Shown here in pieces: positions 36,298-51,966 of a stretch of 64,000 nucleotides of DNA. Where the stretch lies: assembly GCF_009914755.1 (NCBI RefSeq), contig NC_060941.1. One strand, written 5' to 3'. The DNA comes from the human T2T-CHM13v2.0 reference genome, Homo sapiens. The position numbers were made by a program, and so were the translations under genes. How positions within the stretch are numbered: position 1 is the first letter of the stretch; each line of letters opens with the position of its first letter. The notes under the pieces are model-generated. The model did not search any database. It was not told where the DNA came from and worked only from the letters and a program-made list of their open reading frames with translations.

Positions 36298-38567
36298 CAA
36301 CCACAGGTGCCACAACATACTTGCTTTTTAAATTTCCTTTTGTTTGAATCAACCAATGTGCCTTGCAGAATGCTTCGTCAGTGGAGTGGGGAACTGAAGT
36401 CATCACTGATTATTTGGTGCAAGGTCTCAAAAGCGTTTCTCCTGAATGACATTTTGGACAAAGCTTGCCAAAGACGGGCAGCCTTTGAAGAAGTTCAATC
36501 ACCATCTTCCTTTCCAAGTTGGGCTTGAGGATGCAGTGTGAATAGCACAGGCTTTGGAGTTGAATTAAAACTGGGTTCGAACCCTGTCTCTGGCATCCAT
36601 TTATTTCAGAAACAGATATTTATGGAGCGTCCACTATGGAGAAGGCCTTTTTAGCTGGTAACATTATACTTAATCTTTCTGAACTCAGAGTCATTAGTGC
36701 CATCTTAATATTGTTTGTACTTGGCAAGATAAGAAATATGAAGCATCTGGAGGCCTGGAATAGTAGACATTCAGCAAGGATGAGTTTCTTCCTTTGTACT
36801 GCCCAATCCCCTCTCTTCTCCCTGGACCTTGCAGGAGATGGATAAGGAGCCTCTTGAAGGAAGTGGCTCAGGATTAGTGTTCTCTCTCTGACCTTTGAAA
36901 ATTAAATGAATAACACAAGGGACATGACAAAACACAATGACACCATTTGGGGCTTTTGTCCCTTAGGCTAGATTTACTTGTAAGGTTTCTATCCTGACCT
37001 ACTAGAGGCAGAAGATGGATTAAGAAAGGAGTCTTAGATAATCTCTCATCTACTATCCTTATTTCAAGATGAGAAGTCAAATAGTTGCTGTTGGAGACTG
37101 GATTCTATCCTAGGTTTGCAAACTTCCCATCTGATCTCGTGCCGTGACATCAATCTTGCCCCCAAACAATCCTCATCACATCTTTATCTTCCGTCCCCAA
37201 GGTAAATTGATAGTGCAAGCATCATGAACTTTTGTACTGCATGATCACCACTCGTTTCCAAAAGCCATCCCAAATTTGCACATACTCAAGTAAAACCAGG
37301 ATCCTTGCTTTGCTAACATGGCTTCCAATTCCTGTGGCGGCACCTTCTATCCCTTAAATAGACTGCAGCTCTTGAGTCACTTCTATGTAGAAATTCTGAA
37401 GCCACTACTGAAAATGAGTCCCAGGGTATAAAAGACTGGAAGGCAGTGCCCGTTAGTTGACCCCACATCCACAGCCAATTGAGCACTGTGTGATTTTCCT
37501 TGGAAGTAGATACAATGGACTCCAGCATGAGTCACAAGGCCCAGCTCTAATCCAGGTTTCTTCCCCAGTCGTCATTTCTGTCCCTCCTCTGTGCAGCATC
37601 CTGTGGCCTGGGAAGGGGGTGAGAGGAAGGAAAGAAAAAGGAGGGTCCCTCATGAACTTTGCCTGTGAAGACGATGCACTCAGGGAAGGAAACATGATTC
37701 CTGCCCATGGGATCAGGATCCCGCCACGTCTGAACACCGTTGTACAGCTTAACAGTCCCTCATCTGTTTTTCATTTTGGCCCTTTCAGCAACCCTGTGAG
37801 GGACTCAGGGTACAATAAACAAGGAGACAGATTTGGTGATGGCAAACCTTACCCAGGGTCAGAGGGGAGCTGGGAGGTCTGTGCTGCTGAGTGTTTTGAC
37901 ATCCCAAATCCCCAAGGGAGTATGGGCTGGGAAGACCTCATGTGTGCCATCTCAACCCCCTGCAAATATACCCCAATGTCCTCAGCTATAATTAATTAAT
38001 TTTGAATACATTGAAAGAAGTAAATGCCTCTGACAGTTCGCTGACTCCCCAGCCTGCCTCCTGGTGCTCCTCCACCCACTCCCTGTGATTTGGGAGGGAG
38101 AAGCCAGGGCTCAGTTGATTCCATCTGAGATAGGGCTGCCTTTCCTAAAATGAGCCTCCCCCACCTGTAACCTTATTCTCCTCTTGCTAACTTTTCTGTT
38201 CATAGCTTTGAAGCCAAAAAATGAGTGTGCTTTGACGAGCTTTCTGTGCCTGTCCTGCGATGCCCCTCCCTGTCTCCAGCCCATCCGCCTCTTCCCTGGG
38301 CAGCATTGCAGAAACTCCTTCACCCTTCTCTCAGGCCCCATCCCCCCTGCAGCCTCCCCAGAACTACAGAGGGAAGCTGACACAAGAAAGGCTTCATGAA
38401 AAGGAGCCCTTAAAAGACCAAAGTGCCTTTCTTTCTTTTGAATGAAGATGAATCTCAGAAATAGAGGAAACGTCATTTAAAAGAGGAGACACAGGGGAGA
38501 CGTCCCCCAGCCTCAGGGTTCTCAGTGGGAACCTTGGATTTGAGCTATTTGTGTACCAAGCTGGTCA

Positions 38568-38870
38568 TTCTCTCTCTCTCAATCTTTCATTCTTTTTCTC
38601 TCTCGCTCGCTCTCTCCCTCTTTTTCCCCTCCCCCTCTCCTTCTCTCCCTCCCCACTCTCTCTCATTCTCCCACTCTCTCTCCCTTCCTCTCATCTCTCA
38701 TTCTGTCTCCATCTCTGTCATTGTTTCTCTCACTCTCTCTCTACCTTACTCCTCCACTCCCTCCCTCTTTTTTTCTCTCTCCCCCTCCCTCTCCCCTCAC
38801 CCCTCTCTATCTCCCTCCTTCTCTGTTTCTCCCTCTTCCCTCTGCTCCCTCCCTTCTTACTTTTCTCCCC
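38568..38870 (+). repeat. CT-rich low-complexity polypyrimidine tract (~300 bp)
   Basis: Direct reading. Confidence 0.92.
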
Positions 38871-40604
38871 TGTGTGCAGCAGTGGTGGAGGAGGGGGTAG
38901 GAGTGGGTGCATTTGGATGGGAGGTGGAAATGACTATAGGTGAAGTGAGGATGAAGATTTGAGGGCCCAGGCAGATAGATGAAAATAGAAAAAGCCCAGA
39001 CAGGACCCCAGACATCCTGGCCCCCTGACCATGACCCTGTAACCACGCCACAGTTTTGACACCCGTTCATTAAAGTGTCTATGCGAGCAGGAAGCCCATT
39101 ACCCATTCTCAGAAACCTTCCCCAAGGCACTGTAAGGATCACAGGATAATGTTTGGGTCAGAGGATGCTTTTGATATATTCCATCTGGTGAATCTCTTCA
39201 TTTTCTAGATGAGAGCCTTGGGGTCTAGAGAAGGAAAGTGACCTGCCAAGTGTTACACACAGCTAAATACAATCCCAGCCACCCCCTGCTCCCCAGGCCA
39301 GGCTGTTCAATATAGCACCCTGTCTCCTCTTTGGCTATTTTCTGTGGAGGATCCTAAGGGCAAAGATGATCTGATTCTTGTTTTGCAGGTGGAAATATGG
39401 AGGCACAAAAAGCCTCATTGCTTCAGTCTGCTGTCTTCTAGGCCTAAGCAGTCTTTAAGTATCTAAATCCTACCCATTTTCATGTTGAATTTCATCACTT
39501 TTCCTATGAAATGCTCCTTAGTTTCCCAGTTGGAAGCAGTCACTCCTTCCTCTGAACCCACCCCACTTCCAACCCAAGCGCTCCACATGTCCCTCTCTTG
39601 CCATGGCTAACTTTCTGCAGCGCAATTTCAATACATTTGTCCACAGCTGAGTCACTTCTGCAAAGATGCCAGCATTTTTGAGGACAGAGATGATGTTATG
39701 GATTGCAAACAAACCTAATCCTAACTAATTCAATGTGTGATATTTATTCCTTAATGTGTTTCTGTATTTTCATATTCTTTTTGCAAAGTTGAAAAAACAT
39801 AAAAAAGAAAAAAATCTAATCTTGGAATATCGTGATACAATAAAGCCTGCCTTACCACATAGATCCTTCCCCTAAACCATGAAGCATTCCTCCTCCAGGA
39901 AGCATCCAAGGGCTGAGCAGCAGGGTGGGTTAGCCCATAGTGTAGGCAGTTCAGGGTACCTCGTCTGGAGCGATTTTAAAAGGGATGATATCAATGTTCT
40001 ATATTATTCAGCATTTTTCTCTTTTGCAGAAGAAAAGTTTTTCAAGTTTTTATCAACTACAATAGAAATTATGAAATTTCTGCTGAAGGTATTTTAGTGG
40101 AATTTTCAACTGCAAAGACTCTGGAAAGCTGCTAGGAGAAATCCTGAAATGAAACAAAGACATGGGCAGTATTGCAATTTCTGAAACCTATTGGGAATAG
40201 GATTTTTATGAATCTCTTCTAAACTTGCCCTCAAGTCAGTATTAAAATTACTATATGCAAATCTGTTCCTCAGTGTGAAAGAACATTTCAAAATTAAAAT
40301 TAATTAAAAGTTCTCTGATCAACTGTGAGTGAAAATAGCTTGATAAATCTGGTTGCCCAGTCAAATATGCCTAGAAGACCAATTTTGACAAAATTATTAA
40401 CAAATTTACAGAAGTTCGGGCACAAACACAAAATCTGTAATATGATTATACATTATTGCCACAGCCTGATATGTTGGTATAAGTTTTTTCTTTTAAAAGA
40501 AGATACACTAATGTAATTAAAAAGTATGAGTTGTCTACTGCTCTTTTCCTGTTTTGCTATATTTACTTATTTATTTTACTGATATCATTGCTATTTAATA
40601 ATTT

Positions 40605-41150
40605 CAATTTTTTTTAGATTCAGGGGACATATATGCATGGATATTGTATTAGTCTGCTTTCACACTGCTGATAAAGACATACCAAGACTAGGTAATTTAT
40701 AAAGAAAAAGAGGTTTGATGGACTCACAGTTTCACGTGGCTGGGGAGGCCTCACAATCATGGCAGAAGGCACGTCTTACATGGTGGCAGACAAGAGAGAA
40801 TGAGGGCCAACCTAAAAGGGGTTTCCCCTTATAAAACCATCAGATCTCCTGAGACTTATTCACTACCACAAGAACAGTATGGGGTAAACCGCCCCCAGTG
40901 ATTCAATTATCTCCCATCGCGTCTCTCCCACAACATGTGGGAATTATGGGAGCTACAATTCAAGATGAGATTTGGGTGGGGACACAGACAAACCATACTA
41001 GATATATTGTGTGATGCTAAGGTTTGAGATACAAATGATCTTGTCACCCAGATAATGAGCAAGCACCCAATAGTTTTTCAACCCTTGCTCCCCGCTCCCT
41101 CCCTCCCCACCTCTAGTAGTCCCCAGTGTCTATTGTTGCCATCTTTATGA
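40605..41150 (-). mobile_element. L1PA/PB 3' end fragment split by THE1
   Basis: TTTTAGATTCAGGGGACAT... resumes at ATTGTGTGATGCTAAGGTTTG...CCCCAGTGTCTATTGTTGCCATCTTTATG. Confidence 0.82.
40645..41000 (-). mobile_element. THE1 (B-like) solo LTR
   Basis: TGTATTAGTC...CTGCTGATAAAGACATAC...GGGACACAGACAAACCATA; 5-bp TSD GATAT. Confidence 0.92.
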
Positions 41151-41544
41151 CATGATTATTAATATGACATTCAATAAAGTTTTTAAAAATCATGGTTTTC
41201 TGGCAGTCACTATTATTTGTTTCATTTTATGATTGTTACTGAAGATAATTGTGTTGTCAAAGAAGGGGAGATTAAAGACTATCTGCTTTCAGTATACCCC
41301 TGGGTACTCCCCCGCCCATCGTGAACACAATTTCTTCTTAATCCTCTGGCAAGATCTCTCACTCACCCATCGCCAACAGCATTTTGGAAATGAAGCTCCA
41401 ATAAGTCTATGTTTCTGGCAAGTAAGTTTGTTAGTGGGGGCTTTCTTGTTAAGTTGCAATTGTCTCAGCTCTGAGTTCTTGTCCATTTCTGCAAGTGTGA
41501 AAGGAGGCAGATATTTTCCACCCTGGGAATCCTCTGTAATATCA

Positions 41545-41746
41545 TAGTGGGTTTCTCCACCTCAGCAATGTTGATATTTTGGGCCAGATAAGTCTTCATT
41601 GTTGGGGCTGTCCTGTGCATTGTGGGATATTTAGCAACACCCCTAAATATGATTACTAAATAGCAACTAAATGCCAGTAGCACCCCTTCTCCTCTGTTGT
41701 GACAACTGAAATTGCCACAAAAAATTGCCCCAGCTGAGCATCACTG
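41545..41746. mobile_element. MER20 hAT MITE
   Basis: TTGATATTTTGGGCCAGATAA...GGGGCTGTCCTGTGCATTGT...GCCAGTAGCACCCC...GTTGTGACAAC. Confidence 0.85.
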
Positions 41747-44095
41747 TATTAGACTGAGACTGCAGTTTGTAGTTGAAATGGCCCTAGAGCAGACCTTCGT
41801 CTATATTGAGCTTGGGCAAGTCTCCTACTATTGCTGAGCCCCCATTTTCTGCATCTGTAAAGTTAGACTAACATCTATCTTGATTCAATGTGAAATTCAG
41901 AAAAATAACATGTGAAAATGACTTGTACACTCTAAATTTATTTGCAAATATGCAAGGTCATTACCAAGTGGTCAAAAACTTTATACTACAACTGAGTTGT
42001 GAAAAAAATGCAGCTCTTAAAATGATCTAATCTTGATTTCATCCTTATTTGAGTTCATTAAAAACTTAATCAGCCAGTTACATATAATTTCTTCTTTTCC
42101 AGCTTAAAGCAGGATCTTTCACTCAATTTGATATCTTTGGGTTAAGAATTCAATTCACTCAAAGTACAAATATCCAGGACAGTTTCTCTCAAGATCTTTT
42201 CACCTTCTCTTTCTCAAGATTGTGGCTGGGTACAGGTAGAACTCACAGATTCTATGGCAATGAGGTGGGGAGTCTCAGATTCCCATGCTGGCCTCAGGTC
42301 TGTGCTGGTCTGTGCTGATCTGTGGGCTGTTCTGGTCTGGTTCCCGCATATTTGCCTGGGAAGGCAAATCCCACCTTGTCCTTCAGAGCCTTGTGTGTGA
42401 TCCCTGACCTGGACTCCAGAGGTGAGGTCCCTGCCCCCTGCAGCCCCCTTATCTACAGCCTGGGGGCTGTTTTGGTTCTTCATTTCTTTCAGCCTCTGCA
42501 TCTCCCTGGGGGCCTCAGATGTGTTCCCTGCACCAAGCTGAAATCAGCAAATCTCGGCCAGTTGGACCTCCAGCCCACTCACGTGGACCTTCCTCAGCCC
42601 TGGTAGCCTGCTGCCATTGTGCTGTGCCAGATGCTGTGCTGGCTAACCATGGGCTGTTTCCAAGACCTTTCTATTTCCCAGGTGTAAGTGATCCTATTTC
42701 CTTATCTGGAAGTTTTGAGACTCCTGCCCAATTTCTTTCCTCTCCTCCTACCCACAATGACCCTGTGTTTGAGTTAGGGGGTGGAAACACCCCATCTCTT
42801 ATCTCTTGCCCTGTCATCTCTCTCTTCTGAGCCCCCTTCGTCAGACCTGCAGGTGCGTTTCCCCACCTCTTTCCTGTTGAGTAGGAAGTCCCCTTAGCAT
42901 CATATGTTCCTTCTTGCCTACTCTAGGACATTCTCCTCCCCAGTAGCAATGTGGCAGAGGGGCTGCCAGAGAAGAAACAAATTTACCAGCATGAGAAAAT
43001 ACATTGAGATGCATCTCACAAGTATTAGCAGAGTTACAGCAACGGTTCAGGGCCAGGTGAAGGGAAGGAAGAGTCCCTTGAAAATGAAACGTGTGCCCCA
43101 AACTATCTTCAAACTTCAGCCAACTGGCCTCCCACACAGAAATGAACTCCTGCCCTTGAAAAGCAAAACCCATCCTCAGAATGTCTCTTAATTAAGCCTT
43201 TTAAATCTCCTTGCCCTTCTTCGTTTTCCTTCCTTCTCTTCTTTTCCTCCTTGTTTTTCCATTGTCATCTCTTTTCTATCTGGACTGAGTTTCCTGTGTG
43301 GATTGCTCTTGGGAGTTGTGCCCTGGAAAGAGGCCCTTGGGTTAGCAGAGGGCTCCTTGCCTGCTTTCCCGTCTTTTCTGGAGAACCAGGCTGACACAGC
43401 TGCTCTGGCAACCAGTGTTTCCAAGAAGAGCCACCAAGCATGCGGAGCCTCTGCTGAGAGAGCTAGGTCAACATCCCCTCATGGAAAAGCCATCCCAGCA
43501 TGTTTCTTTAGAACTAGCAAGGAGGGCCAAGGCAGACTCCAGGGTTCTTCACCAGCCTAAGATGCCTTGGGAAGCAATTGCCAGTGGTTCCATCAACAGC
43601 TTCCTTTGAAAATTCAGACCCTTCAACCTGTTCAGTGCCAACTATGCATTCCTGGTTGCACCCCCAAACTCTTGCTACATGCATATGGGTGCATGCGTGC
43701 ACACACAGGGACACACACATGCACACACGGACACACCTCCTCTTGGACTGTTGAAAAGGCTGGGTTTATATAATAAAACTTCCTCTGCCACATAGACAAA
43801 AATAACCCTGGCATCCCTTTCTGGATGGATTTTAATTAGGAAAGACACAGCATTTAAATTATGCTTATTACTTTCAGTTGCTTGTACAGGCTGTGGATTT
43901 CGGAAAAGGCAATGGGAATCATGTGAGCTGGATTTCTCTAACAGGATGACTCTGAGAGGGAAAAATTGCCAAGGGCATTTTAAATCTTTCTCCTCTTCTA
44001 GACAGCCTGGCTGAGGAAAAAGGTCCATGTTCTAACATCATTATCACTAACATCTCTGAGTGCCTACTCCATGCCAGAACCCTGGGTAACAAGCA

Positions 44096-44411
<316 letters not shown>

Positions 44412-44598
44412 TAACAAGCTTTTTAAATGCCTTACCTTAATTAGCCTCAAGAATTCGAGTTTGACCAATAGACCCCATTGGGGACTATCCCTTTCTAGGG
44501 GATTCCAGGGACATACCCTTATTATGAATCAGGGGGTTCCTCCCTGAAGCTACAATAGTGACTGGCTGCTAACAGCATGTATGCAATGAATTGATGTA

Positions 44599-44677
44599 TT
44601 AGGTTGGTGCGAAAGTAATTGTGGTTTTTGCCTTTGAAAGTAATAGCAAAAACCGCGATTACTTTTGCACCAACCTA
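44599..44677. mobile_element. MADE1 (Hsmar1-derived MITE), complete
   Basis: TA|TTAGGTTGGTGCGAAAGTAATTG...CGATTACTTTTGCACCAACCTA|TA; ~80-bp palindrome. Confidence 0.95.
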
Positions 44678-45046
44678 TACAAGCAAATGAATGACTGAAT
44701 GTGGTGGGTGTGCTCAGAATGAATCAGATGCAGAAGAATTCTGTGTGGGAATAGAGTTCTAGCCACAGACCTTGCTGCCGGGAGTACTAGATAGATAGTA
44801 TATGACTCCATTCTCCAATGAGTGGCTTTTTGGGGAGATTTAAAACTTGGAAGAACATAGAAAATTTCTCTCCCCTGCTTCTCTCTCCCAAATCTTTATA
44901 GGCATCTTAATGAGGATAAACTTTCAGGCCACAACTATGATTTTAGGCAATTATTTAGCCCATCTGGCTTTCCATTTCTTCTGCGGCTATAACACCAATA
45001 TCTACCACAGAGAGTTTTCTAACAATGATTAAAGATCCAATATGTA

Positions 45047-46130
<1,084 letters not shown>

Positions 46131-47009
46131 CACATGTAAGGAAACCAGGACTAGAACCCAGACCTCTATAGCATCTGCCTCTCTGGCCTGCCATGTGCCA
46201 TATAAATATTCTTGCTTTTCTTTTTTTAAATAAATTTCCCATTTAACAATGCTTTCTGCAGAGCCATAAGTTCACTGGAAACTGCTCAAATTGACACTCA
46301 AGCAAGAATAGCATGCCTGTGTGATAATAATGCATTCATCAGCATTCCTGAGTCCACTCCAGGAGTGCTGGATGCGAAAGGGGCCCAAGAGAGTCCCCCC
46401 AACAAGGGCAGGAAAAGGAATGTTGGTAGGACTCCAGGGCTAATAGAAGGTGTGGGGCTTCTCATCCCAGAAGGAGGAGGTCTGAGGAATACATACTCGG
46501 GGTTATATCCAGAAAGGAAGAGGCCCATTCCCACTTAAGTTCAACAAGCTTGCTAGCAGCACAAGGAGAGAGGCCATGGCTGGAGGGTCGTGGAGAAAGG
46601 AGTTCGGTGGGAGCCTGGGCCTTCAGATTGACTGAGAGGGAAAGCGCCCTCTACTTTTTAAACTTGCAAGGAAACTCTTAAAAACTCCTCTCTTTTCAGC
46701 AGTTTGTGACTTTCATGTGAGGAGGAGAAGTTACAAACATTTCCAGGTATTCTGTTCCTCAAATGCCCTGTGTTTCTCCATCATTGTATTTTGGACATCT
46801 TATTTTAAGGCTTTTTTTGTTTTGTTTTTGTGGATCTGTCTCCTCCATGGGAGAGTGGCTTCCTTGGAAGGTGTCTTCATTACTTTTGCATCCTTGGGCC
46901 ACATCAAAGGACCTAGCATACAGTTGGCAGTCAAAAACTTGCTCAACAGTTAGATGTATGATATCCCTAAATGTACAGAACCAAAGAATCATCCTAAATT
47001 AGATTATAA

Positions 47010-47304
47010 GGCTGAGTGCAGTGGCTCTCGCCTGTAATCCCAGCATTTTGGGAGGCCAAGGCTGGTGAATCACTTGAGGCCAGGAGTTTGACACCAGCCT
47101 GGCCAACAAGGCCAAAACTGGTCTCTACTAAAAATACAAAAATTAGCCGGGTGTAGTGGCACACACCTGTAATCTCAGCTACTTGGGAGGCTGAGGCAGG
47201 AGAATTGCTTGAGTCTGGGAGGTGGAGGTGAGCCAAGATCACCCCACTGCACTCCAGACTGAGCAACAGAGTGAGACTCTGTCTCAAAAAGAAACAAAAA
47301 AAGA
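47010..47304 (+). mobile_element. Alu (AluS/J)
   Basis: Both arms; exact 15-bp TSD TAAATTAGATTATAA. Confidence 0.94.
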
Positions 47305-48564
47305 TAAATTAGATTATAAATCAACCAGTCCAAGGATTCTTAATCTTTATTAGTCATAGACGCTTTTGAGAAAATGATGACAGTCAGAGACACTTTCCAC
47401 GGGAAAAATTCACATATGAAAATATTTTAATACTTTTTTTTATAGAAAAGAAAATTGAAGACCAGAAGATAGGAGTGACTTAACCAAAGCCACCAACTTT
47501 GTCTGTGACAGTCATTCCTGGAACCCAGATGTTCTGATCTCCAATCCTGTCCCCTTCTACTATGCCTGGGCAGAGTGAGCTAGAATGTCACATAGAGGGT
47601 ACAAAGATAACAATCAGAACTATACCAGGAACTGGCCCTGGGGAGAATTCTTAGAAAACAGATGATTGCTGAGATAATAAGCTACTAGCCTGGGCTTATG
47701 AGATCATGCTATGCCTATCCTAGGCAGTCCAGGAAGCCCTAAAGGTATTGAAGTCTTAGAAATTAGTGACTACTCAATTGTCTCTGAGAGGGCAGCAATA
47801 ATACCAAGTGTTGCGTTCAGGAATTCAAACCTAATCGTAATCCCTAATTAGCTCATTTTTAACGCCCTGGGCATGAACACCTTGAAGCAACAACACTCTG
47901 TCCATGCAAAGGTTATTTAGGGCAAAGTCCCAAGAAGAGGAGGACTTGGATGCTCTTCACAGAGCCTGCCATCCTCACATGTCTAAAGCAGAAGAAAACA
48001 CAGATTTCTGCTAGGTTTATCCCACTACCCCTGCTTATTTTCTGACAGAGGGTTGGGGAGAGGGGTGTCGAGGGGAATGTGATATGAGAAGAGAGGGTAT
48101 CAGAACACCATTCTCTAACAAGTCTGTGGGCTTTACAGCTTGCAATATACTTCTTCAATCAGTTATCTTTTAGAATCCTCCAGCAACCCTCTAAGGTGGG
48201 CTGGGCAATGATTTCTACCCCCATTTTATGGCTGAAGGAACTTGAGATGAGCAAAGAGACACTTGTTCCCAGTAACATCCTGTTTCTCATTCCCGTTGGT
48301 TGGTTGGGCATCCTGTAGGTGAAGAGTACTAGGAGGTACACAAAGAAGTCATTATGAAGGGCTGTCAACAGCTCATTCAGGTGATTGGGTTGTGGGGTTA
48401 GGAACTGGGTGACAGGGTCATGATAAGTCTGAGTAACCTGCTTCTTGTCTCTCTTCTACTTTCCCAATTCAAAATTCACCTAGATAGTGATTCAAGCTAT
48501 TTGGATTAGGGGTCTTTTTTTGAGAATCTAAACAGTGATGGCTACTCTCTCTTCAGTAAAGTAC

Positions 48565-49463
<899 letters not shown>

Positions 49464-51269
49464 TTATGCCTTCTTATGCTATGGTGTCCTTCCCTGGTGA
49501 CACTCTCTGCTTACAATGCCCTCTTCCCTCCCCTCCTGTCCATTCCTACTCCCACTTCAGTCTAAGTTCAGGTAGCCTTTCTTTCAGAGACCTTCCCTGA
49601 CCACTTCCCACTCCCAGGCAGGGCTAAATGCTCTCTCTTCTGTGTTCCCACAGAACCCTTTAATATAATGATTATCACATTTACCCTTGTCTATTTAACC
49701 TCCACTGTGAAGCACAATGTATGATTGAACAGATGCTTATTTACTGAGCAAAGAAGCATCATAGGTACCAGGTGGGTTGAGGGCAATGAGCTCTCCCATG
49801 GCAGGCCAGCAGGGAGAGCTCCATGGAGATTGCAGCTGTTGGGTTGTGGCCACTGCAGCACCAGGAGGCAAACGCATAGTCATTACAATGCAGAAAGGCC
49901 CCTGACCATATCTTCACAGCTATTTCACATGTGCTTTACTGCCTTGCAGACTGACACCCAAACTTCTTCCTCAGGTCTCTTCTCTAGATCATAACATATG
50001 TTATAGAAGACTACTTTCTTCTACATGCCCTATGGCCTAGGAATCCATAGGCATAGGTCCTAGACCTGGCTCTGATGTGAACTATCTGTGTGATCTAAAT
50101 GATGTAAACATGTTTATTTGAGCCCTCTGGGCCTCAGAGTCTTCATCCGCAAACTGAGGAGCTAGAAGCTAAAATTCTAGCTCTGAGAGTCTCCTCTCTG
50201 GGACGCCACAGAGAAAAGGAATGTGGGTGTCCTGTTAAAGCAATATTCCTATGTTTTTGTTTTCCCTACTGTTTAAATGATACCAGAACCTTTCCTTCTT
50301 CACTTGTACCTCCAAGCTCCATCCCTTTCACCATGTGACAATTTCTCCACTGGTTCTAATGGCTGAGAAGGCCATTACATTGAAGGAAAAGGGCAGCATT
50401 CCCCACAACTGTCTTGACCATTTTCTTTCCTTGAGAACCCTAAGTCTGGGTCCTCAGGAAAACAGAACAAAAGAAAACACACTAAAAAAAAAGGATTGCC
50501 ATTAAACACCAGATGTCCAGTAGGGAGAGCCTTTAAACCAAAACAGCTGCTTGGACAATGCTTGCGAGGCATCCTTTCCCTCCAGCCTCCTCATACGACA
50601 AAGTTCCTGTGCCTTTCAGCCAGAGGGAAACATCTTCACCCCAGTGTGAAACCCCATTTAAAGCTGCCTTGCTGTCAATGTGTGGGGACAGTCCAGATAC
50701 TGTCACCTGCTTCCCTTATGTACAGGCTCCCACTCCTCTCCAGCCCCCCAGGCACTTGGAAAATCTTTCTTCAGTCTTGTTCAGCTAGAAAGTTACCTCT
50801 CCCATGTTGCTCTTATTCTTAGACTCACTCTTTCCTCTGTGCTGTAGATGAGAACAGCTAACATTTATATATCTATTGTGTATCCACCATGTGCTATAGT
50901 CTCTTAAGTCTCAGAACTAGGAATAGCTGGGTTTCTTCTTCAGAACTCCTCTGCATTTATCTTGGCACTATGAATCATCTAACGAACCATATTTCCCTTC
51001 TTTATTGCCTTGGATGCTAAGAAGCTCAAAGCCAAATTTGTGACCTAATCTTATGATGTTATCTAAGAGCCTAGTGTTATCTCTGACTTTTTCTTATTTT
51101 TCCTGCCTTTGCTTTTTCTACACGCTAATTCTATTATTTGCTTTAATGAAAGCCATTGGGCTGTTTCTGTTTGTTTGTTTGTGGTAGGTAAGCACAAATC
51201 CTGTTTGAAATGGGTCATAATACAAATAAAAAGTAAAAGGTATCGCATATGTGTCTCTGCATATTCATA

Positions 51270-51620
51270 CTAATCTTGCACTGTTGAGGCAAGTGGGGCT
51301 CAGAAAGGTTACATAACTTATTTAAGATCATGCAATTTTTAAGTCGAAGAGCTAGGAGTCAAATCTGTTTTCATCTGACTTCAAAGCTCAGGCTCTTGTT
51401 AGTATAATTGCTTACACTTAGTAAGCACTTACTGTGTGCCAGGTTTTGTGTTGAGTATCCTATGTATGTTATCTCATTTAACCTCACAGCAATCCTATGA
51501 AGCAGCTACTGTTATTACAACCATTTCATAGATGAAGAAAGTGAGATTTAGAGAGGCCAAATAATTTGTCCAAGGTCACCCACCTAATGCTAACATTGAG
51601 ATTCAAACCTACAGGGCCTG
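51270..51620. mobile_element. MIR fragments
   Basis: GGGCTCAGAAAGGTTACATAACTT...; CTCATTTAACCTCACAGCAATCCTATGAAG...TTTGTCCAAGGTCAC. Confidence 0.8.
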
Positions 51621-51950
51621 ACCTTTAAGTCTCTACACTCTTATAGTGGGGGTAAATGTACAAAAAACCAGATTCTTAATTAAGGGTTGTTTGACTTCTT
51701 TTGAATGCCCAGCTGCATAGTTATATCACAAAGCCTTATCATCTGAAAAATCCTATTGGAGAAATGGGTGTCTGGCTAGAAATAGGTATTTCTGGGTTTC
51801 ACAGTTCTTCATGGAGCAGATGGATTAGAAACACAAAGTCTGTGTGCAACACTGGATTTTAAATGCCAGCCTGAGTACTAAGAGAGAGGAAGATTACCTA
51901 GCGCCCGAAGAGTGGAAATAAAAGCCATAGGGAAGGGCGGCACTGCTCAC

Positions 51951-51966
51951 GGGCGCCATCTGGTAG
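51951..51966 (-). promoter_or_regulatory. CTCF-like motif
   Basis: Reverse complement CTACCAGATGGCGCCC vs core CCASYAGRKGGCRS (1 mismatch); local CpG retention. Confidence 0.55.

Noticed and set aside
37457-37999. 180-aa ORF
   Set aside because: TTG start, no recognisable homology or exon structure; partly MIR-like.
38525-39142. Overlapping Ser/Leu/Pro-rich ORFs
   Set aside because: Artefacts of the CT-rich low-complexity tract.
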